From NCBI GenBank assembly GCA_053919585.1, contig CM132792.1: a DNA stretch of 64,000 nt, one strand, 5' to 3'. Below, one piece after another: positions 52,062-64,000 of the stretch. Origin of the DNA: Euprymna scolopes (lineage: Eukaryota). A program made the position numbers and the translations under genes. Positions within the stretch are counted from its first letter, which is position 1, and each line of letters begins with the position of its first letter. The notes beneath the pieces were generated by a model that ran no database searches, had not been told where the DNA came from, and saw only the letters and a list, made by a program, of their open reading frames with translations.

Positions 52062-52765
52062 CTCTTTTGTTTTTTTATTTATTTTTTTAATTACATTTTC
52101 ACCCTTAACAAGACACAGTGTCACTTTGATGTAGGGGGCTACTATAGGGACACATGCTACAGGGGTACTAGGTGGGGAGTTGGGCAGCAAGATGTTGAGT
52201 CACGTTACACTTGAACTTCTGCATGTCAGTACAGTTGGGGAAGCAGGAACCTGGCAGGGAGTTCCAAAGTCTAGCGGTTCTGAGGGGGAACTACTGGGGT
52301 AGAAGGCTCTCTTACATTTAGGAATCTCAACTGTGAAGGGGTGGGATTTTACTGCTTGTCGGGTTTGTCGGGGGGTATTTACGTAGAGGGGGTACAAGTG
52401 CTTGCAGCTCGTCAGAACATTCACTGTTAAAGTACTTGTAGAACAGGCAGAGGGATGCTACATTGCGTCGATGGGGCAGAGGCTGGAGCTTGGATGATAG
52501 TTCAGAACCTATTAGGTTGGCGACTCTCTTTTGAACCTTGTCTAGGAGTGAGAGACTAGTAGCAGATGCACCGGCCCAAATATGACAACAATACTCCATA
52601 CATGGGCGAATGGTGGCCTTATAGAAGAACAGGATACTTTCAGGCGTCAGTAGCTTTCTAGCATGGTAGAGAGAACCTATCTTTTTCGCAGCGGTCCTGG
52701 TAATGCTCTCAATGTAATTGTTCCAACTCATGTTTCCTGTGAACGTTAGGCTGAGGAGTTTATGT
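52062..52765 (-). mobile_element. 5'-truncated CR1-group (CR1/L2/Daphne-like) LINE, best preserved copy
   Basis: KLLSLTF...W..YI...AAKKIGSL...YKATIRPCMEYCCHIW...LDKVQKR...HRRNVASLCLFYKY is the typical region downstream of RT; GC-rich versus flanks; T-rich tract at 52062-52088 is the A-rich tail. Confidence 0.9.
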
Positions 52766-52791
52766 ATAACATTAGATATGTGTTTAAAATT

Positions 52792-53717
52792 TACTCTTGC
52801 ATAATTTGACCCGAATTCTTGTGAATTCCTGTCAAGCATGGATTGGGCGAGATCGGCAATCATCGGTGTCAGCTGAGCGTTGTTCAAATGTTGAAACGCT
52901 AACTCGACTTTTTATTTTATTTTTTTCTGTTATGTTTTTAGTAATTTTTATGGTGATATTAAGGAGGCATAGGTAACTTTTTATTTTCTGATTATTTATT
53001 TAATTTTTAATTGAATTTTTGGGAGTTTGATTAGTCAATGAAAAAGTGCTATCTAAATGGAAGCAGATGACATTCGAATCGGAAGAAAGCGACTAAACCA
53101 ATAATAAAAAAAAGCTGACAAATATATTTTCAAACTCGCCAAACAGAAAAATGACAGGCAAGAAAATAAATCTATACATGTTAGAAAAAGAAATGAAAAC
53201 ATTGTCAGAAGACATTGCTGTCTCCCAAAAATGAGGTGCAACAATTGTAAACACAAATGTTTACTTAAAAGATCGTGTGTAAAGGATGGTTTCTCCTGGA
53301 GATGTTCAAATGGGCAGTGCCACCAAAAGAACTTTACTGAATAACAAGTCTTGAAAAAAAAGAAATAGAAAAAAAAATATGGTTACAAAAAAGAAAAGAA
53401 AAAAAACCCCAAAAAACTTGTACTTTCACCTAATAATTGTACGGTTAAAAAATCTTTTCTTGGAAAGAAAAAAGAAAAAAAAAACTTTCTGTTGATAAAT
53501 ATTTTGCAAAAAATTAAATACTAAAATGAAATAAACATATTTTCATTTTTCAAAGTAATTTTTTTTGTTATTTTTGATAATTTGCATTTGTATTTTTTCC
53601 GTTTTTTTTTTTTTTCATTAGTCTACGTCCATTACGACGTTCGGCTGACACCGATAATTGCTGATCTCACCCAATCCATACTTGACGGGAGTTTGGGTCA
53701 AATTATGCAAGAGTACC
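52792..53717 (+). mobile_element. Non-autonomous TIR DNA transposon, Merlin/IS1016(ISXO2)-like
   Basis: ~85-90 nt imperfect TIRs (52792-52882, 53634-53717). Internal frame 53216-53344 gives CCLPKMRCNNCKHKCLLKRSCVKDGFSWRCSNGQCHQK, like the CxxC...DG.xWRC zinc ribbon of Merlin transposases. No TSD identified. Confidence 0.7.
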
Positions 53718-54049
53718 AACATTTCCAGTCTATTACTTATAAACCGAATTTCTTTATACTATAGTAAAAATCTGTAGAATCCATTGTTTTTTTTGTTTTT
53801 TTTTAATTTTTGTTTTGAAAACATAACTAAACAATGAAATGGTAATTGTTAATGCATGATCTATTATGATAAATTTCTTCGACAAACAAGAAAGCTTATA
53901 GAAATTGTTTATATGTTAACTAAATGGATATGTATCACTAGTTTCAATATTTGCATTACTGTATAATTTATGAATCTAGCTAGTATGAGCAGTCTAACAT
54001 ATGTATAACATTTCATAATGGGTACTTGGATTTTATGAACAGTGATTAT

Positions 54050-54850
54050 AACTAGTCTGCTAAGCTAGAACACCAGAGAGAACCCATGATGAAGGAAAGA
54101 AAAGCGCAGAAAACTAGTGTTTTCTTTCTAAAATGAAAGTAAAAATTAAAAAAAACTCTGGTCGGTACAAACACAATTCTTGTACAAGTTGGTTGATGAT
54201 GAGGTCTTCTAACTGATTTCTTGCGATATGATGAATTCCATAGAAGAGTGTGTCGCTCATAAGCTCTGGCTCTTTCAGAACTGAGCAGCAAAACAAGACT
54301 TCTCTCTTACCAAAATGGGAGGAGTGTGTCTGCCTAGGTATTTCTTTGTTAGGTGTTTCTTCGACCTGATAGCCTATGCAGCTCTTAAGCAAATAAAAAA
54401 AAAAACAAAAAAAACTTCCAAATGATATGAAGTTGATCAAGAATACTCTAGGTTTTTTTTTTTATGGATTTCGATATCTCTTTTCACGGAGATGTTGCTG
54501 CTGAGGTTTGTACATTCCATAAGAGTTGTTGATGCACTTTTATCAGCTTAATTTCTCCTTCTTGGTTGTGGCTGAAATTTTGTTTTAATGATATTGGACT
54601 GGAATCCTCGAAAACACTTTGATTAATGGTATTGGTTGATGGTTAGTTATTGAAAGCATGTGAGTATCGCAAATCAAATTTGTTTAATGTGGAAAATAGG
54701 ATAATAAAATGAAGTTCCTTTTTATATATTTAAACTTGTGTTATCCTATTTATATTTTTTGGGAGAAGGTTATCATCATATTCAATTTAACATGTGTTTT
54801 AAATGTAGAACCTATCATTTTTTATTTATCTTTTCTTTCAAGTTCAGTTT
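54050..54850 (-). mobile_element. Possible Penelope-like (GIY-YIG) remnant
   Basis: Frameshifted SCIG..S.KHLT.... and IARNQ...NQ motifs resembling the PLE endonuclease end; very decayed. Confidence 0.35.
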
Positions 54851-54879
54851 TATTACTTCCATGTTTTCCTTGACCTTCT

Positions 54880-56111
54880 GTCAACTGAATCTGCTGCCAT
54901 AACCGTTCTACATCTACTGACTCAAGAACTCTCATCCATTTTTTTTCAATTTGATCATACTATCAAAGCCTGCTTTGCTAAACACATCTTCATATACTGT
55001 CCAGATTTAATATTCCTATGAGGCCATCAACCTTTTTATATGATTCACATACAATTCTCGTATTCTCATACTGTTTCTTTCTATTCAATGTATGTTCTCA
55101 AACCTCACTGATCAGATTTCCTTTTCATACATCATCACATTGCATAGAAATGTCTGATAGACTCTTTGTTGGTCACCAATGGCAACAGGTTGCTGATGAG
55201 TAATGATGGAAGTTTCCTGAACTTATTCTATCCATTTCGAGCACCTTCATGTGCTCAATCCTGTACTTCAGTGTACATCACCATGGTAACAAAACTTCTT
55301 GACACGTTCAATACTTAAACTAGCCAAATATATTTTCTCCTCATCTGAGTTTTCATCTTTATTATCTTTCACTTCTTGTATACAAACCGGTTATCTTCTA
55401 ACCAATAATTCCACTGCACTTCTTATATATCTAATGCTCACAAGTAGCAGAAAAGATTGCACTCAACTCTCTATGAATGGAGGAGGAGCTTTTTCACATT
55501 AAAACCCGACTGATCATCACTTTGGTAACATTCACTCTTAGATCTTTGCTTTTCATATCATTCCTGTGTTTAACTTGACAAGTAGGTTTCCAATTGCAAT
55601 TTATACTATAGTAAAATAGTGAATCAGGATTACAGCATTAAATATGCTGTTAATTGTAAAAGAACTTTTAGCATTTCTGTACATTACTTGAACAACCGTC
55701 ACTAATAATGATCCTTTGGTGGTTAGTGATAGCAGAAGTTTCTCAAAATTACTGTTGCAATCATGTTAGCACCAGCTCAACTCTGTGCTCCAATGGTACC
55801 ACTAAGATAACAAAACTTCTCAACAACCTCAATAGCTTTGCCATCTTCACATCTGATGCATTGTCTTGCATTAATTATCTTCTCTCTTTCACTTTTTAAC
55901 AAACTCACCAGGGGCATGTTACTCTTCTTTGACTACAACCACTGATCATGACATTAGTCTTGGTAACATTCATTCTCAAATGTTTACTTTCCATCGCATT
56001 CCTCCAAATCTGTAACTTAACAAGATGGTCTTCCATTGTGTCACATGCAAGTATTAAATCCTCAGCATCTAACGTCTCTTCCAGACAACCTATACCAAAC
56101 TCCCTGGACAA
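54880..56111 (-). mobile_element. Degenerate RTE-clade LINE RT / 3' region
   Basis: SREFGIGCLEETLDAEDLILA...KLQIWRNAMESKHLRMNVTKTNVMISG matches the RTE pattern SREFR.G.P.ELLYADDL...W...LE.KGL.VN..KTK.M. Confidence 0.75.
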
Positions 56112-56639
56112 TTATTCTAAGGCACAAAAAAATGCAACAAACTCTGTACAGAACCCTGATGTACTCCTACTGTCACATAAAATATGTTAATTGTAATACG
56201 ACTTTCAGCATTTCTGTATATTGCTTGAATCATCTTCACCAACCATTTATTTGACTCTAGTTTACGTGAAGCCCACCAGATATCTATTTGTGCAAATCAA
56301 GGTACTTTTCTTGTTTTTGTCTAAGGATAACTAGAGCATGAGTATTACTTTGTTGAGATATAAAACATAAAATGCATTCATGTTTGTCTGACTTAGTGTT
56401 TGCTCAATTATTCTCTCAATTTCAGGACCTTAACTGTCAGCCTAATTATCTCTAATGCTTCTCCTTTAGCCTGATAACAAATGACAATCGTACTAAGTTC
56501 AAAGTTTTTTGGGATAACCTCTTTATAATAGTTTTTTTTTTTTTTCCCCTAAAAATTTGGATTTGGACAAAATGTAACTCTTTCTCTTTTGTCAATACTG
56601 TTTCACATCTCCATGGGCAATGGCCAAATTCTTAGAAAA

Positions 56640-56695
56640 TCGCCTCCAATCTGTAGTGAAATGAAACTCGCCTCCAATCTGTAGTGAAATGAAAC
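56640..56695. repeat. 28-bp tandem duplication
   Basis: tcgcctccaatctgtagtgaaatgaaac x2. Confidence 0.95.
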
Positions 56696-56779
56696 CAATA
56701 ATGGATATTTTTAATTATGCTCTGAAGACAAAGCTGCTTTTCCTTTTGACAATTATAAGAAACCTTTCCACCCACCCGT

Positions 56780-57430
56780 TCGCATGATAACAGCCTTATC
56801 TGAGAGTCTTACATTCACAACTAACATTAATTGCAACAAATACATAGAAGACATTGCCAAGTCTGCTACTAAGAAAGTGGCTCTTTCAGTAGTGCTAGAA
56901 AACTTCTCTCACTTTCCAGTATCTCCTGTATCTCTACAACTTTATCATTCGCTCGTGCATGAAGTATTGTCACATCTGCTACACAAACCACTAATCTCTT
57001 CCTTTTTAGACTCCAAAAAACAATGTCAGATCTTATAGCCCCCTTACTGTTTACTAATTCCCAGTCCCTATCCTATCACCACAACGTGGCATCACTGTGC
57101 TTGTTTTACAAGTATTTCAATGGAATGTGTTCCAACAAACTTGATGCATGTATCCCCCCTCAAAGTAAATAACCCTAACAAGCCTGAAAATCAGCAAAAT
57201 TCTGCACATTTACTGCAGAGGGCACCCGAGATAGGAAACCCTTATACTCTAATAGCTTCTTTCTTCTCACTGCTTGCCTTTAAAATTTCCCTCTTTGTTT
57301 CTCTCATCTGTACTTACATGCAGAAATTTGAATGTAATGTAAACCAACATCTGCACAACTCTCTACTTAGGTTATCCATATAAACCTTCTCATGTATTAG
57401 GAGCAATATGACTTGTTTGGGGTGAACATA
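56780..57430 (+). mobile_element. Older copy of the CR1-group LINE at 52.1-52.8 kb, opposite orientation
   Basis: SLTFTTNINCNKYIEDIAKSATKKV, H.NVASLCLFYKYFNG, MQKFECNVNQHL. Confidence 0.85.
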
Positions 57431-59802
57431 AATCTGGTAGCTGTTGAAATGCACCTTAAATGAACAGTCAAAATTAGACATTAAGCTGGCTTGATCTAAT
57501 AATTATTGATTTCATTAGGATTAATTTGCGTTACAAGATTTCGTTACAATTGCAAGGATTTTGAATTATACAAAGCCTACAATTGTAGTTATACTTTGAA
57601 AATTTACTTCTGAACCAATATCATACAAGATTTGATTAAGTAACAAAAATAAATTGCTTATGGTGGCCAATTTATTAAAAAGGTTTTATATATAAATTAA
57701 AGTTTTGAGGATAAATATAGTTAGAGAAATTCATTTGATTTAAAAAGAAACAAAAAACAATTCAAGGATTTTTGTAGCTAGATCAGATTGAAACCCTTAA
57801 AGGCATGCCAGATAATTGATGAGTGTCTGAATCATTGAATAAAGTTTTATTAACACACGCATGAAATAATTCTTTATTAACACACACACACACACTGAGC
57901 ATAGATATAGTACAGACAATGAAATCAATAAGTTAAGGAGGACACCAATGCTTTATATTCACGGTTACATTCGTGAAGTGCATTATTCAACTCTTTTACA
58001 AATTCATGTTGTATGACCTTTTGCTTTTCAATAGGGACACAGCAAACGTTCACTTATTTTTAATACCATGGGGTCACTTTTTTCCCAAAGTCTGTTAATG
58101 GCTTATCAAACTGTCTAGTTGTCCTTACATAGTTGATGTGATATTGTCTCAAATACTTGTCGGTTGCCTCAAAGCTACACCCTGTAAAATTTAGCATATC
58201 ACAGTTGCCATTCTCTTCAATAATTTTGGGATTGTGAATTTGTGCAATATCAGTACTTGTATTATTCTCTATAGAATTGATTTGACTAATAATCACAACA
58301 AAATTCTTTATAGTTTGCAACTTTTGCCTTACAAGAGTTGATAATTGTAAGAACGATTTCCATATTAAGAATAATGCAGTTAATTTTTTTGCTTCAAATA
58401 TTGTTAGGTTCATGTGTCAACAAAGTCTTATTGCTGGTACTATCCCAGGCATTTGCAATATTGTCAGTTGCAGATGTACCCCATGATCTGATGGATACAG
58501 TTTCTCTAAAATGATCAATGTTTCTGTGTTTTGGCTCATCTCAAAACTTCAGCACTCCGGAAACCCAGTCTAATACATCTACTTTTGATTTACACCATAA
58601 TCTTGCATGAGAACATATTTTGAAGATCTAATAAAAAAAAAAAAATGTCTTAATAAATTATGTAGCAGATGTAAGTTGTCAGTATTTACTCTTGTAATTG
58701 TATTCTGGATAACACGTTTACAAACATCATGATTACCAATTTTATGATTTTCTGCATAATCGATCTCTGTTTTGCAAATTGCAGGCATCCATTTCCAAGA
58801 ACCATTAATTTTGAAAAGAGATGCAGTTGGCTTTGTTGCATTCTTTATGTACATAAAAAACACCCTCTTCCCTCCAAAATGAGTGACAAGACTCAACAAC
58901 TTACTGACATGTTGCATTCACTTTTATGTTCATTGATTTGCTAACTGGCTGTTCTTTCTTGTTGGATGTATGTTACAATTTTACAATCTTTTCTGGATTC
59001 TTTTCTCCTTCAAAAGCATAATAGCACAGTAACATAAGGATGTGTGAAAGATTTTCCCAAATCATTTTTTTAAAGGCTTTCTACACAAAATGTTTACATT
59101 ATTGGTTTTAGTAGATCCTTTTACTTGATTATTGAACTCTCTCCATTCATGATCTTATTCAGTTTTACAAGCTGGTATATCTTGCACTCCACCAATATTA
59201 TCATCTAATGTTGAATAAATTTTCTTTAACTCGTGATAATTTGGAAGCTTAAAATGTTGTGAGTTTCAGACATTTCACATGTTTTAACATAATTGTGATT
59301 CCTCAAACCTCTCTACTCTTTATTTGAATTTATCTGTTTTTCATATAAAAGAAGTACATCTTCACCAACATCTTTTAGAAAATGGATATCCGTCTAGATA
59401 TGCATGAGCATTGATAAAGATGCTTAAAAAAATTGTCCAAATCAACATGAAAGCATAAATGTGAAGATGATGTTGATCTCATCTTAAAACTCAGCTTGAC
59501 CAATTTTTTCTTGTCAGCTACTGGTTCTAGTTGACATGCTGGAAGCTTGGTAGTTTCCTTTGCTTTGGTGTTTCTGGCCTCAACTGAGATGTCAATGTTA
59601 CTGACAATCTCTTTGTTAAAAGGTTACCTTAGTCACCATGTTTGAACTGACAAAGCATCTTTTTTCTTCTTGATGCTATTTATACTTCATAAAAACAAGT
59701 TTTATATTTGTTAAGTTTATCATTGGATCATATTTGAGTAGACATTTTCTACAACTAAATTAAAATTTAGTTCTGGATTCAAATGGGTCTTCTTATCTTA
59801 AT

Positions 59803-59916
59803 CAATATTGGTTAAACGATTTAGTTATGTAAAAACAATATTGGTTAAACGATTTAGTTATGTAAAAACAATATTGGTTAAACGATTTAGTTATGTAAAA
59901 ACAATATTGGTTAAAC
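59803..59916. repeat. 33-bp perfect tandem repeat, ~3.5 copies
   Basis: caatattggttaaacgatttagttatgtaaaaa starting at 59803, 59836, 59869, 59902. Confidence 0.97.
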
Positions 59917-60789
59917 TAGACTAAGACAAGACTAAGAATATTTTACAACTTTTATAATCTTATTACTGTCCAACACAAACATATAAAGGAATTACAATAT
60001 ATTTTGCCAGTTTATACTCGATCGACCCTTATACAAATTATTTTTCTGGGTTCTCTTACCTATCCAACATATCTAGAATGGACGTTAATCTGATTATGAT
60101 GATATATGGTAATCCAAACAGTGAACTAGCAGTTCTAATATTGAACATTTTTCAAAAGCAAAAATCTAGCCAAAGCAACCATGAAATGGAAGTTACATGT
60201 TCAAGATTATCAGACATGAACAAAGTCTCTAAAGTGGATTCAGCATACTTAAAAGCATTTGGATAAAGGTTTTGTTCATGAAATTTGATGAAAAATTAAA
60301 ACAAATTGTCCATATTTGAGACATTCCGTTCTTACCAGAAATGAGTGATAGCTTTTCATTGCCATAAAATTTAGTATCATTCTCTGAAAGACTGTATTTT
60401 TTCCAACCAGAAATTTTCAGAAATGTAGCCAACTCTTTAGTTCAAATTGAGAATTATAAAAGAAATTAATCTGTGTTTTTTTTTGTTTTTTTTTTATTGC
60501 AATCAATCCTTGGATCAAGATATGCATACCAACATTTCAGCCTAGTTTTGAGATGACAAGTATTCTTCTGGCCTAATTCTCTAATTACAAAAAATGCCCC
60601 CCCCCCCAAAAAAAAGTATCCCAATGACACCAATCCACACACCTTTTTCCAATCTTGTCCTTTTGTAGACCTGTAAATACCTTAAAATAGAAATAGATTT
60701 TTTTTGTTTTTGTTTTGCTTTTTTTAAACAAAATCACAAGTCAAAGTTCAACTCTAACAAATTTTTGCAAAGAATCAAAACAAAACCTG

Positions 60790-61340
60790 TTAACATCTAC
60801 GATTCAGGAAAAAGGTTACTCACACCAGAGAGAATCTTTACAAAGCCACAATTTGCTCATGCATAAAGTACTGTTGACATATCTGAAGCATATGCCACTA
60901 TTCTTTTACTCTTACACAAGTTTAAAAAAAAAAGTCTCAAATCTAATAAGTCCCGCACTATTGGCCAAACTCCAGCACTAGTCTCATCGCTACAATGTAA
61001 CACACTTGTGTGTTTTACAAATACTTATTTGGAATGTGCTCTGATGAACTTACAGCACTTGTGCCTCCACGATATACTCCTGAAAAGCAGCAAAATCCCA
61101 CCCTTATATTGTTGAAGTTCTAGATACGAAAAATTAAAAAATTTAATAGTTTCTTGCTTTGGATTGTTCGACTTTAGAATTTCCTTCTTGTTTTCTTATT
61201 CCTTAACTGTACTAACATGCAGAAGGTTAAATGTAATGTGAACAGACATCTTTCTGCTGAACTCTCTTTAATCCCCTACTAGACACAATCCCAAATAGTA
61301 GCCCTTTACATCCAAGTGACAATATGCCTTATTTGGATAA
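60790..61340 (+). mobile_element. Another old copy of the same CR1-group LINE
   Basis: KVSNLISPALLAKLQ, C.FYKY..G.CSDEL.ALVPP, KSHP, MQK.KCNVN.HL. Confidence 0.85.
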
Positions 61341-62639
61341 AAAAACAAAAAAGGTCATATTTTGCCTTTTGCATTATTTTTTAGATAAGTTTCACAATGA
61401 CTTTTTCATAAATGTTTTGTATGTTTCTTTGATATGTTGCTAGTTATCTTCCTACTTCTCTAACTGTATTCTACTTTTGTTGGGTTCTGTTGATATTCCT
61501 TCCAACGAAGCTGTCATCTAATCGTACTTGAGTATCCTTTAAGGTTGACCAATTGTGTAGTGATGCATGTCATAGCTTTGTTTACATTCTAAAATCTAAA
61601 TCCTAAAGGCATTCTCGCCTGATTTGTTAGATGGCAGCTCTTTAAAGCAGCTCTTGTTTCTTGATCCACACTTCTTCCAAAAACATCTCATTCTAAAATG
61701 TCATGCAACCGGTGATTAGTGATGATGAGGAATTTGCTGAGTATCCTGTGCAAACATTCCAAAAAATAAAATTCAGGAAGCTTTAAGATTAACATAGAAA
61801 GATATATCTTCTTCTTCAAAGGAATTTGTCAGTAAATGCTTCTCTAAAATTTGTCTCATAACAACTGTGCATTGTTGATCCAGCAGTTCAAATTCAGAGC
61901 TATTTGCTTGATATATCGAAAGTCATGAAGTTAAAAAAAAAAGAAAAAAACTGCTGCGCCTTTTCAGGCTTTTGTCCTTTAAATTTCTGTTTGAAATTTA
62001 TTCTATTTTACCAGTTTCCTGATGTTGGTATAAATGTTTTACATGCTTTTTTTTTTTTTATTCTGCTTGTTCCTTCCATAATTCTTTGAAAAAAAGTCAA
62101 ATACAATTTTTGAGGGCCAAACTTCAAAACAGGTCAAATTTACGAAATTTGGTTTTAAAAAGATAATCTAGCAATTCTTTTTTTGATATCGCTTCAATTT
62201 TGAATATCATAACAATAATAATATAATCATTGTGATGGTGTGAGGAAAAAAAAAAAAAAACTTTTGACATGCAATGCTTCTTCTCCAAAGAAAGAAGTCA
62301 TTGAAAGAGAACATTCAAAAGAAAAAGAGGAATAAAAATAACATTGTTTGCCAAGAAGTGCTGGACTAAAGAAGTAAATTAAAGATTGTCTTTTACAATG
62401 TGATTTTATTATTTCTATTAAACTATGTAGCACAAAATTAGTTTCTGAGAAGTTATTATTACTTATCAATTTATCTTATTGAGCTTCATTTCTGCATTTG
62501 GAAACTGATTTCTGTTTGAGTTGACCTGAAATAGCATTTTTGTTTCATCTTATCACCTCATCTATAAACATTAAATCAGTCTACACTAATTTGTGTTTCT
62601 GTGACTAGCTCACATCATTAAGTGCTGATGCCATCAACA

Positions 62640-63150
62640 GTAACTAAATTCTTTTCTGTCAAATCAACCAACCCTGAATGATGTGCAGTTGGCTTATTTG
62701 TTTGTTGCTGGGAACTTCTTTGGATGAGGCAGCAAAGTAGCCTGTTCTAAGAGTTGATTTTCAAGTCTTGGCAGACGTTTTTCTCCTCAGAGAAAACCCA
62801 CAGCATATTTGGCTCCGGTAGGTGTTTCAAATTGTTGAGCAGCTTTTTTGCTTCTCCTCATGCACTATTAGCCTAATGAGCTTGTTATCTATACCTTTCT
62901 TCCTTGCAGTGGCACACATCTACTTGTTAGCTTCATTGTTGATGCTCTCTTTATTTCAGTGACTAACTCCAGCATTCTGATTGGCTATCAGTTTGTTGAT
63001 CATGTATTTTCTCTCTGATGTTGCCTCGTAATTGAATCCCAGATCTATCCATTATTTTCTGACCGTTTTTTTTTTTCTATTCTGATGGCAGGGAAGTTTG
63101 AAATCACATGTTCTTTTGACATGGATTCCAAGATATCTGTCTCTTCTACA
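62640..63150 (-). mobile_element. Degenerate Tc1/mariner (DD37D-like) transposase fragment
   Basis: Minus strand PEPNMLWVFSEEKNVCQDLKINS*N...SKEVP (cf. FSDEKNF.QDQ..N.QN) and IRLIVHE. Confidence 0.8.
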
Positions 63151-63289
63151 AACATGCAAGTTCAAAATTTTCCATAAATTATTTTGCCACCCACATTCCC
63201 GGAAAATATACTCAATATTTATATAAAGATAAAACTGATAAAAATAAGTATAAACTTAACAATTGAAAATTGCGAATAAAATATCTGTG

Positions 63290-63293
<4 letters not shown>

Positions 63294-63348
<55 letters not shown>
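63294..63348. repeat. (TA)n microsatellite
   Basis: Directly visible. Confidence 0.98.
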
Positions 63349-63350
<2 letters not shown>

Positions 63351-63461
63351 TAGCAGGACCTGTTAATCGGCGTTGTCTGGTGGAAGCCTGACACCTCTCC
63401 CATAAAAAATTTAACTACGGTTGTTGTTGATGGTTACTGCTGTTCCTGGACAATTGCAGAC

Positions 63462-63542
63462 ACCAACCTCCCCATGTTAAGATCAGCTTTTGGAATAGAC
63501 ACCCCTCCAACCTCCCCATGTTAAGAACGGCTTTTGGAGTAG
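63462..63542 (+). repeat. ~44-bp tandem duplication of a dispersed motif (also near 49250 and 7770)
   Basis: ccaacctccccatgttaaga.c.gcttttgga.tag x2; lies in a ctagcagg-initiated element next to the (TA)n at 63294-63348. Confidence 0.8.
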
Positions 63543-64000
63543 GTACCACATTTTTTAGTGTGGGGGGGGGGGGATATTCCCCCAAAATTTAACAGTGATA
63601 TTTGTTGTCAGCATACCCACTCACAAATGCTATATTTAAAATAAAAAAAAAATTGAGATGGTAGTGTCAGTAGGAGATAAGTGGATTTATTTATCACATG
63701 TGCGTACAAAGTTGGTGGCCAGTGAATTACAGTGCATAATCTAGTTTTTTTTTTTTTTATCTTAAAAACTATTTGTCTCTGCAAAATATTGAGATTTTCT
63801 TAATCAGCATAGTTGGAAACCTATAAAAGATGTCATTTTAAAGAAAATTGTGGAGGTGGAGCTGATGTAAAAATATCCCCCCCCTCCTCAAATAGCATAG
63901 TCGGAAGGTGGAGCTAATGTAACCCTCCCCCCCACATGCACACAAAAAAAGCAGTTGACGTGTTTCTAGTGTTGATAATCATTCCAGACAGAAAGCAAAA

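Larger units (their letters stand above)
46405..64000 (+). other. Intron following the RRM1 exon (>17.6 kb, runs off the window)
   Basis: Strong GTGAGC donor; the expected next exon (GCCFVTFYTRKAA-like) was not found by eye or in the ORF track. Confidence 0.7.

Noticed and set aside
59803-59916. 33-bp repeat array as CRISPR-like
   Set aside because: Head-to-tail identical units without spacers, in eukaryotic DNA with no cas genes.

Overview
AT-rich (roughly 30% GC by eye), repeat-laden animal genomic DNA with two assembly gaps. A tRNA-type SINE at ~45.7 kb resembles repeats I recall from octopod genomes, so a coleoid cephalopod is my tentative source. The window is dominated by the 5' part of one + strand gene, a CELF1/2 (Bruno/CUGBP) RNA-binding protein. 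Its RRM1 exon (46235-46404) is unambiguous. A probable first coding exon (4147-4316) joins it in phase 2 across a ~41.9 kb intron, and the next exon (GCCFVTF...) was not found, so the following intron exceeds 17.6 kb. The introns hold decayed CR1-like, RTE, I-group and Penelope-like retroelements, a Gypsy remnant, mariner and Merlin-like DNA transposons, Helitron/Helentron-like elements, SINEs and tandem repeats. The most interesting signals are regulatory: a candidate alternative first exon (9765-9793); two 77-nt cassette candidates that would end the N-terminal extension at a TGA overlapping the internal ATG (ATGA, 46239-46242); several polypyrimidine-AG|GT motifs that could be recursive splice sites; a poison-exon candidate after RRM1; and two strong hairpins. 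There is no prokaryote-type system (CRISPR, operon). All splicing claims are motif-based and need RNA data.
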